64,000 nucleotides of DNA, from NCBI GenBank assembly GCA_045545635.1, contig JAZQBI010000069.1:13991-77990 (forward strand), written 5' to 3'. Shown in pieces: positions 45,080-54,065 of this stretch; within the stretch, counting starts at the first letter, position 1; each line of letters starts with the position of its first letter. Both the position numbers and the translations under genes were made by a program. Under the pieces are notes generated by a model. That model worked only from the letters and a program-made list of their open reading frames with translations. It made no database searches and was not told the origin of the DNA. Source of the DNA: Clostridia bacterium (lineage in GTDB: Bacteria > Bacillota > Clostridia > UMGS1810).

Positions 45080-47934
45080 TGAAGAGAATACTATCCTTCG
45101 CACTGGTACTTTGCCTTGTACTTGGCCTCGCTCCGTCCCTGGGTGCTTTTGCCTTTGATGCAGAAGCTTCCGGATATACAGAGGCAGAAGGACTCTTTAT
45201 GAGTCTCGGCATTATTGACAAAGACAGCTATGAGCCCATGTCAAAGCTCACCAGAGCAGAATTTGCATACATAATTGCAAAGACTGCAAGACTTGTAGAT
45301 GATGATATAACAAGCGTATGGCAGGAAGAGAATTTCGGGGATATTCCTCAGGGCACAGTAGAGCCCGCCACATCAATGTTTGATGATGTGGACCCTGCAA
45401 ATGAGTACTACGAAGCTATAGCCGCAGTAAAAACTGCAGGATATATGAACGGCGTGGGAGAAAATCTTTTTGCTCCCGACCTTCAGCTTATCACATCCGA
45501 AGCGGTAAAGGTTATTGTAGATACCCTTGGCTACGATGTTATGGCAAAAAATTACGGCGGATATCCCGATGGATATCTTACTGCCGCAAACAAGCTCAAG
45601 CTCCTATCCGGAGTTGGAAGTGCCTACAATGAATTTATAACCAAGGGCGACCTTTTTGCAATCCTCGGCAATGCTCTTGATGTTGGTGTTGGCGAATTTG
45701 TGGGCATCAGCGATGACTATCTGGAAATCAAAGGAAGCAAGGAAAACTCCTTTATGACCGAGGTTATGGGTATAGCCAAGGTAGAGGGAAGAATTACCGA
45801 CAACGGTATTACCGCAGTCAACTCCTCCACAAAGCTCGACAGCGACTATATGTCAATTGGCGGAATTAAGGTAATTCACTCCAAAAACACAAAGAAATTC
45901 CGTTCCCTCATAGGAAGAGAAGTTACCGCTTACTATGACATTACCGATGAAACCAAGAATATTCTTGTTCATGTGGAAGATGCCGACAGAGATGTTACAG
46001 AAATATCTGCGGATAATTTTGCTTCATACAGCAATGGTGTAATAACTTACTATGACGGCAAAAAGAATGTGGATATCAACATTGGAAAAAATGCCCGTAT
46101 GATATACAATGGTGCATATCTGGGCAACTACACAGCTTCTGATTTTGATATTGAAGACGGTACCGTAACCGTTATTGATGCATCGGATATAAATCTTGTG
46201 ATAGTTGAAGATATGAAAAATATTTTTGTATCTACCGTAACCGAGACTTCCGTATATAGCAAGCTCAGCTTTGCCCCCATCGGAGACGAAATAAAGTCAA
46301 TAAACCTTGAAGAGGGTGAGGAGTTTGACAATATCGACATCATAAGTGCCGATGGCAAGACTCTTACTGCATCCGATATAGGTGTTGGCGATGTGCTTTC
46401 CGTTGCGGCAAGCAAAAACGGTGAATATGCAAAAATAATAGTTTCCGAAAAAGTGCTTTCCGCCTCTCAGATTATTTCTTTTGACGGAGAAAATTACGAA
46501 ACTTCCGAGGGAGAAATCACAGCATCCCAAGCATATACAAAGGCTATCAACAAAAATGATCCCGAATTTAACGCTCTTCACGATATCTACCTTAATGCTT
46601 ACGGCAAAATCGTATGGGTAGAAAAGGCAGGCGAAGCTGTTTCCGACAAGGTTGCAATTCTTCTGGATGCGGCAGACGGCTCCAACGGCTTTGCAGATGA
46701 TTTTGCAGTTAAGTTCTATACAGACAACGGCAAGATTACAGTATATAAGCTCTCTGACAAGCTTACATTAAACGGAAAGAAAATTGATGTTAAGGATGCC
46801 CTGTCTACCCTCAAGGCAGAACAGGCAAAACCCGTTCTTTATGTGGAAAAAGACGGCATTGTGACAAAAATTACAACACCTGCTCCCTACGGTACAGACG
46901 GTTCCGTCGATAAACGCGGTTGGTACAAGGTAACTCACGACATAGAACACTATGAACAGGGAAGCCTCTCCACAAACGACTGGAATGCATACAGATGGAA
47001 GTACTACTATATCTACTCCAATGCAGGTAACGGTGCGGCATACACCATCCGTACAGACGGAAGCCAGACAGGTCCCCGTGCATCTATACTTACTCATAAT
47101 GCAAACACAAAGTTCTATTCTGTTCCTACAAATCCCGACGATTTTGACAATGACAAGTTCTTTAGCATAGTAACTAAGCCTTCTTTCCCCGAAAACGCAT
47201 ACTTTGCAATAGACGGTTATTCCAGAACTGCAAAGAACCCCAGCCCCGAGGTTATGGTTCAGAGAAAGAACGCAAAGGGAAGCGGTACTCCCGGCGAGAG
47301 CAGTGCATTCCTTATTACCAAGGTTAAGAACGGTGTAAATGTGGATGAGGATAACATTGTAATTCTCGAAGGCTACGACATCAAACAGGGCAGTGCCAAG
47401 AAGAACTCCCTCAAGGTAAATGTTGATGCAATAATGCTTGACGAAGAAAATGAGGAAATTGACGTAAGTCAGAATGAGTCGGCAGTCGGCCCCAGAACCT
47501 ACAAGGAGCTTGAAGCAGGCGATATCATCCGTTACAGCACAAATGCTCTTGGCGAAATCAACACAATGAGAATATCCTTTGACTACAACACGAAGAATGC
47601 ATTTGAAAGAAGCGGCGGTTATCACACTGCATCCTACGGTGCTGTAATGAGTGTCAATGCCGATGCCCTCAAGGTTGTAACCGGCGGTCTTTTACCCGAG
47701 AACTTTGATTACAGCAGTATCGAAAATGTTACATCAACCAGAGTATATCCGCTTCTTCCCAGCTCTGTTGTAATAATTGCAGAAAAGGATGCAAGAGGCT
47801 CACTCACATTCCGTATGGGAACAGCAGGGGACATCATAGCATACGAAAACACTCTTGTTCCCGGAGAATATGACAATGTTGCCACAGTTGCTCACTGGTT
47901 CGGCGGATTTTTGGCTACTGTTATATACAGATAA
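45076..47934 (+). CDS. Secreted protein C: three N-terminal SLH repeats + long beta-rich region (S-layer paralog)
   Basis: 952 aa. ATGA overlap with the gene B stop, and GGAGGT lies 9 nt upstream. SLH strings LGIIDKDSYEPMSKLTRAEFAYII, FDDVDPANEYYEAIAAVKTAGYMNG and FAPDLQLITSEAVKVIVDTLGY. Same architecture as the proteins at 7506-9746 and 29950-32844. Confidence 0.8.
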   Translation: MMKRILSFALVLCLVLGLAPSLGAFAFDAEASGYTEAEGLFMSLGIIDKDSYEPMSKLTRAEFAYIIAKTARLVDDDITSVWQEENFGDIPQGTVEPATSMFDDVDPANEYYEAIAAVKTAGYMNGVGENLFAPDLQLITSEAVKVIVDTLGYDVMAKNYGGYPDGYLTAANKLKLLSGVGSAYNEFITKGDLFAILGNALDVGVGEFVGISDDYLEIKGSKENSFMTEVMGIAKVEGRITDNGITAVNSSTKLDSDYMSIGGIKVIHSKNTKKFRSLIGREVTAYYDITDETKNILVHVEDADRDVTEISADNFASYSNGVITYYDGKKNVDINIGKNARMIYNGAYLGNYTASDFDIEDGTVTVIDASDINLVIVEDMKNIFVSTVTETSVYSKLSFAPIGDEIKSINLEEGEEFDNIDIISADGKTLTASDIGVGDVLSVAASKNGEYAKIIVSEKVLSASQIISFDGENYETSEGEITASQAYTKAINKNDPEFNALHDIYLNAYGKIVWVEKAGEAVSDKVAILLDAADGSNGFADDFAVKFYTDNGKITVYKLSDKLTLNGKKIDVKDALSTLKAEQAKPVLYVEKDGIVTKITTPAPYGTDGSVDKRGWYKVTHDIEHYEQGSLSTNDWNAYRWKYYYIYSNAGNGAAYTIRTDGSQTGPRASILTHNANTKFYSVPTNPDDFDNDKFFSIVTKPSFPENAYFAIDGYSRTAKNPSPEVMVQRKNAKGSGTPGESSAFLITKVKNGVNVDEDNIVILEGYDIKQGSAKKNSLKVNVDAIMLDEENEEIDVSQNESAVGPRTYKELEAGDIIRYSTNALGEINTMRISFDYNTKNAFERSGGYHTASYGAVMSVNADALKVVTGGLLPENFDYSSIENVTSTRVYPLLPSSVVIIAEKDARGSLTFRMGTAGDIIAYENTLVPGEYDNVATVAHWFGGFLATVIYR

Positions 47935-47952
47935 TGAAAGGTGCGAAATAAT

Positions 47953-50900
47953 ATGAAAAAATTACTTGCAGTTTTTCTTGCATCGCTTATGATTTTTTCT
48001 GCTATTCCCACTTTTGCATCTGACGGTGTGACGGATATCTATGTATCCGTCACATCCGGAAGCGACAGTGCCGTTGGCAGTGCACAAGCTCCCTTGCGTT
48101 CAATAGAAGCGGCGCTCAGCATTGCAAAAAATGAGCTGGCACTGGGCAAGGCCGTAAATATTATTTTAAGAGGCGGCGAATACAGATTAAATAATGTAAT
48201 AACTCTCAATAATACCTATTCCGGTGTATCTGCAGAAAAACCCCTCACCATCAAAGGCTTTGAGGGCGAGGAGGCAGTGTTCAAGGCATCACAGGTGATA
48301 GATGTAACAAATGCACAGCCTGTTACCGACGAAAAGGTACGCGAGAGACTTTACGAGGATGTAAGAGATAAGCTTATTGTGGTTGACCTTGGTGCTCAGG
48401 GAATTGATTCAGGACATATTTTCCAGTCCCACAATGTCAACAACAACTATCAGTTAAATCAGAATACAGAGGGTAACTTCCTTAAGGCTTCTGAATACAA
48501 CTGTGTGTATGTGGACGGCAAGGAACAGTCGCTCTCCCGTTGGCCCAATGACCGTCACTACGCAAGATGGACAAAGGCGTTAAACGACCAGACCTTCTAC
48601 TACGAGGATGCAGAGCCTTCCCGATGGACACAGGCTAAGGATTACTGGTATGCAGGATTTCCTACATATGACTATTCTTTCTCCAGAATGAGCATAAAAG
48701 AAGTTAATCCTGAGGAAAAGACAGTTAAACTCATAGATAAGCCTGTCGGTGCTCTCACAAGCTATATGACAAGACGCTGGGCGGCATATAACCTCTTGGA
48801 AGAGATAGATGTCCCCGGAGAATTCTACATAGACAGAGACAATATGCTCCTCTACTTCTATCCCCCATATTCCTTAAAGGATGCCAAGGTGGAATTATCC
48901 ATAGCGGAGACACCTGCATTTCTTGTGGACGGTGCAAAGAATATTATCTTTGAAAACTTAAACTTTGACCAGTTCAGAGGAAACGCATTCTACGCAAGAG
49001 ATGTAGACAATGTGGATGTAATTAACTGTAATTTCCAAAATATCGGTGTAAATGCTATTAAGTATGCCGGCGGTGTTCCTGCCGAAACAGGTAAGAACCA
49101 CTGGGCAAAGCAGAGCAAAAATCAGTCCTTTAATTGTGACATACGAGGATGTAACTTCTACAACTTGGGTATGGCGGCAGTGGATATGGGCGGCGGTGAT
49201 GTTGACCTGCTTATCCCCTCCAACAACGTAATTGAAGACAACTTCATAAACCGCGTTGCACAGAGGAGTATGTGGGAGGCAATATCAGTCCGTGGTATGG
49301 CAATAACAGTCCGTAATAACAACTTTTCCAACGGTACAGGCAATGCCATAAGACCTTGGGGAAGCCAGCAGCTTATTGAATACAATGAGTTTTCCAGCTT
49401 CACCAGAGAAAACGACGACTGTGCGGCTATTTATTTCGGCGGAAGTATGCTTTTCCGCGGAACGCAGGCAAACTACAACTATCTGCACGATTTGCCATCA
49501 ATAGAGCCAATGGTATATAACGCAAAGGTTGCTCTCTACTGGGACGATGCCCAGAGCGGTAACTCTGCACAGAACAATATTCTTATGGGTACCAAGACGG
49601 CATTTAACTCCAACGGTGCCGGTGCAACAACTCACCGATGGAATTTTGCTATTGACGTTACAAACCCCTTTAACTTAATCGACCACCAGCACAGAACAAA
49701 CGAAACCATAACCATGAGTACCTACTATACTCTTGAGGAAACCCGCAACAACATTCCAAATAAGGAGCTTTACTACAAGGCATATCCCACAATGGAACAG
49801 GAAATGAGCGGTGTCAACCCCAAGAAGTTCAGTAAGATATACGAAAACATGGCTTTCCGTACAGGTCCCTACAAGATTGGTAAACAGGAACAGCAGTTCT
49901 CTTACCTCAAGGATAACCTGGTGTTTGATAATCTGGATATGTTCGTAGATCCCGACAATCATGACTGGAGACTAAAGGCAGACAGCGAGCTTGCAATTAA
50001 GTACCCCAATCTTATAAACGAAAATAACTTCTCTATGGATAGTATCGGTCTTAAGACCAAGAGAACACTGGACGAAACAACGGCACCCTTCAAGATGCTC
50101 TACCCCCGTAACGGTGCGGATGCAGTATCTGCAATAGACCACGAATTTTTGTGGGAAAATGCCTACGGTGCAACTCACTACCGACTTGTTGTGGCAAAGG
50201 ATATAGACTTTACCGATATAGTATATGACGATATTGTTTACCACTGCTCAACTACTCTGGATTGTCTGGAAAAGGGCACAACCTACTACTGGAAGGTTGA
50301 GGCTATGAGCTTCTCCAAGGAATTTACAACCCCCTGGAAGTCCGAGAGTGGTGTATGGGCATTCAGAACAGCCATCAATGACGAGATAGATACATACAGT
50401 GCAACTCTTGCGGTAGAAACCGCATTAAAGCGTGCGGATACCATCCGTGAGGGCAATGTTGCAGGCGACTACAAGATAGGAACAAAAAAGAAACTCTATC
50501 AGTATGCAAATCTACTGAGCTTCTTTACCAAGGGCAAGCTCCCAATGCTTACTCAGGCAAGACTTGATTCCTATGCAGAGCTTGTTTCGGGCTATCTTTC
50601 CAATCCTGACCTTATCAATGCGGGATATATGGACCTTTCCACCCACTTTATCCCTCACGAATGGGACGGTGACCTTACGGTAACCAAGGACTATGTACTT
50701 ATCGAAAATGATGAATACAAAAATCACTTTGTCGGTACAAACAGCCTTGATGCCACAACGGGAAATGTTATCTACTGCTTTGACGCACAGGTTGAGCTTC
50801 CGGAGGAGCCCGGTGCATGGATGAGCCTTGGCCTAAGTCTCTACAATGACCGTAACCAGTACACCAGTGTCAATATGGGTTACTACATAGTTCTCAAGGA

Positions 50901-51669
50901 TAACCTCATTGAGCTCCAGAGGGTAACAGGAAGTAAAAATCAGATTATAGCCACTGCCGACTATCAGGTGGTGGACGGCAGCCGTCACTCCTTCCGTTTC
51001 GGAAGAGTTAAGCTTGATACAGGTAACTACATTACCATATTTATAGACGATAAACCAATATTTATCTATCCCGATGTGGACGGTACAGAGCTTAGCAGTA
51101 CAAACCAGTTTGTAACCTGTATCTACAACGGCGGCACAACGGTTAAGTATCTGCCCTATGGCGGAATTCTTCCCGACAGTGCGGCATTTGAAGCTCACAA
51201 GGTTCAGGGACTCAAGGATTCCGTAAAGGCTATTTACGATGTGTATGCAAAGGAATTTACAGATTACGCCATAGTAAATGTAAACTCTAAGAGAATTATG
51301 ACAAATAAAGGTCTCTACGAGATTTCCGCAGCTCCCGTGGCAAACGATGCCAACGAAGTCTTTGTAACCAAGGATACATTGGAAAAGATGTTTGCCGTAA
51401 CTGTCAGCATGGGTGCAGCCTCTGCTGATGTAACTCTGGACGGTGTGACGGTTACCACTCCCGTTCACAATAAGAACGGTGTGGATATGATTTGTATTAA
51501 TGATGTACTCTTAAAGCTCAACAAGAGCTTTACCTACGACTGGCAGCATGGAAACCTCATTGTTGCGGGTGACGGTAACCTTGTTGTGCTAAACGAGGGT
51601 ACAAGACTCCAGAAAACAAAGGAAATATTCATTGCAACAGAACATCTCGGTTCCTTTGATTTCAACTGA
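47953..51669 (+). CDS. Secreted protein D: beta-helix region (paralog of A) + Fn3-like + helical region + jelly-roll (LamG-like?) + C-terminal copper-amine-oxidase-N-like domain
   Basis: 1238 aa from ATG 47953; the ORF-track GTG start is 47941. IYVSVTSGSDSAVGSAQAPLRSIEAAL opening. Long blocks are collinear with protein A, for example VRNNNFSNGTGNAIRPWGSQQLIEYNEF...DDCAAIYFGGS. Confidence 0.75.
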   Translation: MKKLLAVFLASLMIFSAIPTFASDGVTDIYVSVTSGSDSAVGSAQAPLRSIEAALSIAKNELALGKAVNIILRGGEYRLNNVITLNNTYSGVSAEKPLTIKGFEGEEAVFKASQVIDVTNAQPVTDEKVRERLYEDVRDKLIVVDLGAQGIDSGHIFQSHNVNNNYQLNQNTEGNFLKASEYNCVYVDGKEQSLSRWPNDRHYARWTKALNDQTFYYEDAEPSRWTQAKDYWYAGFPTYDYSFSRMSIKEVNPEEKTVKLIDKPVGALTSYMTRRWAAYNLLEEIDVPGEFYIDRDNMLLYFYPPYSLKDAKVELSIAETPAFLVDGAKNIIFENLNFDQFRGNAFYARDVDNVDVINCNFQNIGVNAIKYAGGVPAETGKNHWAKQSKNQSFNCDIRGCNFYNLGMAAVDMGGGDVDLLIPSNNVIEDNFINRVAQRSMWEAISVRGMAITVRNNNFSNGTGNAIRPWGSQQLIEYNEFSSFTRENDDCAAIYFGGSMLFRGTQANYNYLHDLPSIEPMVYNAKVALYWDDAQSGNSAQNNILMGTKTAFNSNGAGATTHRWNFAIDVTNPFNLIDHQHRTNETITMSTYYTLEETRNNIPNKELYYKAYPTMEQEMSGVNPKKFSKIYENMAFRTGPYKIGKQEQQFSYLKDNLVFDNLDMFVDPDNHDWRLKADSELAIKYPNLINENNFSMDSIGLKTKRTLDETTAPFKMLYPRNGADAVSAIDHEFLWENAYGATHYRLVVAKDIDFTDIVYDDIVYHCSTTLDCLEKGTTYYWKVEAMSFSKEFTTPWKSESGVWAFRTAINDEIDTYSATLAVETALKRADTIREGNVAGDYKIGTKKKLYQYANLLSFFTKGKLPMLTQARLDSYAELVSGYLSNPDLINAGYMDLSTHFIPHEWDGDLTVTKDYVLIENDEYKNHFVGTNSLDATTGNVIYCFDAQVELPEEPGAWMSLGLSLYNDRNQYTSVNMGYYIVLKDNLIELQRVTGSKNQIIATADYQVVDGSRHSFRFGRVKLDTGNYITIFIDDKPIFIYPDVDGTELSSTNQFVTCIYNGGTTVKYLPYGGILPDSAAFEAHKVQGLKDSVKAIYDVYAKEFTDYAIVNVNSKRIMTNKGLYEISAAPVANDANEVFVTKDTLEKMFAVTVSMGAASADVTLDGVTVTTPVHNKNGVDMICINDVLLKLNKSFTYDWQHGNLIVAGDGNLVVLNEGTRLQKTKEIFIATEHLGSFDFN

Positions 51670-51686
51670 TATATATGTAACAAAAT

Positions 51687-51710
51687 CCGTGCCGTCGACG
51701 GGCGGCACGG
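51687..51710 (+). terminator. GC-rich hairpin without U-tract (possible weak terminator or processing site)
   Basis: CCGTGCCG(N8)CGGCACGG, followed by A-rich sequence. Confidence 0.35.
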
Positions 51711-51786
51711 AAGAAAAATAAAAAAATTACTGATTGTTAAAAAATGCAACACCTTGTAAAATTTATTTTAAAAGGAGTAATGAAAA

Positions 51787-53907
51787 ATGAAAAGATTGTT
51801 ATCAATCTTTGTTGCCATGCTTATGGTAACAACAATGTTAGTACCGAGTGTAGGAGTTTTTGCAGAGGAAACAGAGACAGCGTTTGATCCTTTTGCAGGG
51901 GATTATGTTGCAGGGGAACTTCCTGCTAACCTTTTTCAGAATCCTACAAATGCTATGATTATTGCAAGTAATACACCACAAAGCCTTACACGTGCTTCAT
52001 GTAGTGACTATACATCATACTATCTTCAAATTAATGAAGATTATGTGGCAAGCGGTACAAATTACAACAAAGGTCTTATAGGTACACAGCTTCTTGCCAA
52101 CAATGCTGCAAATATCAGCTTCCCCGAAAAGCTCACCGCAGGCAAGTCCTATGTATATAGCTTTGATGCTATGAACTACGGAACAACCGATAGCTTTGTA
52201 TATAACATGGCATTGGGTACATCTGCAGGATGGACGGCAAACTATTCTGTTGAAAAAGGTGCGGAAGGTTTTGTTATTTCTGACAAAGAAAATTGGACCA
52301 CAGTAGCCGGAACACTTGTAATGAAGGGTACTGCAGGAGATAACACAGCAACAACTTATCTTTGTTCCGGTTTCCAGAATGCAAAGGCAGGCAGTGCAAT
52401 AAGAGTAAGACACAGTGCAAGCTCTCATCCTTATTTGGCAGAGGAAGCACTATATGACATATCCTTTACTGCAAAGAGCGGCAACACCGTTATAAAGGGT
52501 GTTCCTGCAACTTTTGAAGCAAAACTATTAAACCAGATTGGTTCTACCGGAACACTTAATCAGGATGTATTTACATTCAGCGTATTCGGTGCTGACGGCA
52601 ATGCAGTAGAAGGTCTTACCGTTTCCGAAGACGGAGCTGTTTCTGCAACAGATGCAGTGGCAGACGGCACATACTATGTAAGAGCTATCGCACAGATAGA
52701 TGAAGAAACAACATGGAACAAAACTCTTGAAATCAATGTTGCAGGTGCAATAGAAAATACTGATGACCATGTAAAAGGAGAACTTAACGATAATATTGTT
52801 AATCCGAATAATCCTTTCAAGGGACAGACAGCTGGTGCAGTTGCTTGGAGTGGTCAGAATCTTCCTTCAGATGTAACTGTCGATATGGGCACGCAGTATT
52901 ACACAGCCTTTAAAACTTCATCATCTGCTTATACAAATTCCGATTATTGGGGTGTTGGCGGCAGTTTTATGCTGGACAAAAATACATCTGCAAGCTTTGT
53001 TCCGGAAGAGAATACTACTTATGTACTTGAGGCGACTGTTCGCTCTTTATCCGGAGAACAGTACCTGAACTTGGTATATACCTCTGGTTGGAGTTTAGCT
53101 AAAACAAGATATTCAAATGAATATGGTTCAGAAGGTAAAAAAATAGGAACTGAATGGGAGACATTTAAGGCAACTGTAACCACGAGCACAACAAGTGCGA
53201 ATGCGAATGGAATTCTCCTTGGATTAAGAAAGACTCCGGCGAATGATTATCTCATTATGAACCACTCTGCGGGCTTCTACTTTGCAAAAGAAAAAGCACA
53301 CGACATCAATGTAAAGGGTGCTTCTGCTTCTGTTAACAGTGGCGAGACACTTAATTTAGAGGCAGAACTCCTCAATCAGATCGGCACAAAGGGAACTCTT
53401 ACACAGTCCTTTGATTGGGTAGCAGTAACCGAGGACAGACTCTCCTATGTAGACGGAATTACATTCACCGAGACAAACGACGGTGCAAATGTTACCGTAA
53501 ATGTTGCAGACACAGTTGCTGCAGGAGATTACCTTATAGTTGCACAGGATAAAACCTACGGCATGAACAGACAGTATCCAATTACTGTTACAGTACCCAC
53601 CTATGACGTGACAGAGCTTGCTGTTACAACTACATCAAGCAGTGCATTCGTTGATGCTATAAGCGTAAATGCAACAGAAGATGTAATGGTTGTTATTGCA
53701 GGCTTTAACGGTGACAAGCTCGTGAAAGCGAAAAAGGCAGTTCTGACACCTGCAGACGGTGTTGCAACACTTGCAGAACTTGCAGAAGCTCTTGAAATCA
53801 CAGGACTTACTGCAGGCAACAAGGTGAGAGTATTCGTATGGACAGCGGATGATTATACACCTCTTACAATGAAAGCAGCTGACAAAGCACCCAAAACAAT
53901 AGAATAA
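51787..53907 (+). CDS. Secreted protein E: 2 x (CBM-like + Ig-like) + shared C-terminal module
   Basis: 706 aa. RBS AAGGAG and signal peptide. Modules open NLFQNPTNAMI and NIVNPNNPFKG. The C-terminal ~200 aa are closely related to those of protein F. Confidence 0.75.
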   Translation: MKRLLSIFVAMLMVTTMLVPSVGVFAEETETAFDPFAGDYVAGELPANLFQNPTNAMIIASNTPQSLTRASCSDYTSYYLQINEDYVASGTNYNKGLIGTQLLANNAANISFPEKLTAGKSYVYSFDAMNYGTTDSFVYNMALGTSAGWTANYSVEKGAEGFVISDKENWTTVAGTLVMKGTAGDNTATTYLCSGFQNAKAGSAIRVRHSASSHPYLAEEALYDISFTAKSGNTVIKGVPATFEAKLLNQIGSTGTLNQDVFTFSVFGADGNAVEGLTVSEDGAVSATDAVADGTYYVRAIAQIDEETTWNKTLEINVAGAIENTDDHVKGELNDNIVNPNNPFKGQTAGAVAWSGQNLPSDVTVDMGTQYYTAFKTSSSAYTNSDYWGVGGSFMLDKNTSASFVPEENTTYVLEATVRSLSGEQYLNLVYTSGWSLAKTRYSNEYGSEGKKIGTEWETFKATVTTSTTSANANGILLGLRKTPANDYLIMNHSAGFYFAKEKAHDINVKGASASVNSGETLNLEAELLNQIGTKGTLTQSFDWVAVTEDRLSYVDGITFTETNDGANVTVNVADTVAAGDYLIVAQDKTYGMNRQYPITVTVPTYDVTELAVTTTSSSAFVDAISVNATEDVMVVIAGFNGDKLVKAKKAVLTPADGVATLAELAEALEITGLTAGNKVRVFVWTADDYTPLTMKAADKAPKTIE

Positions 53908-53922
53908 ATTTTGATTAACCAA

Positions 53923-53960
53923 GCAGACACTGGGGCTAAATGCCACGGTGTCTGTTTTTG
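53923..53960 (+). terminator. Rho-independent terminator (moderate)
   Basis: CAGACAC(N17)GTGTCTG followed by TTTTT. Confidence 0.55.
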
Positions 53961-54065
53961 TAAGTGAATAATTTTCCGAACACAAAACAGTAAAAAACCG
54001 AATTGTAACATCAAAAAAAATATAGTAAAATAATTATATTATTTAGAATTGGAGGATTGTACATA

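Noticed and set aside
46768-47625. 285-aa minus-strand ORF inside protein C. Similar long antisense ORFs occur at 35382-36200, 23346-24083, 24049-24762, 19782-20465, 50833-51468, 31087-31668, 9613-10209 and 61200-61718.
   Set aside because: All are fully nested antisense to genes with clear domain evidence. They have Cys-rich, low-complexity translations and lack RBS or promoter context, so I treat them as spurious.
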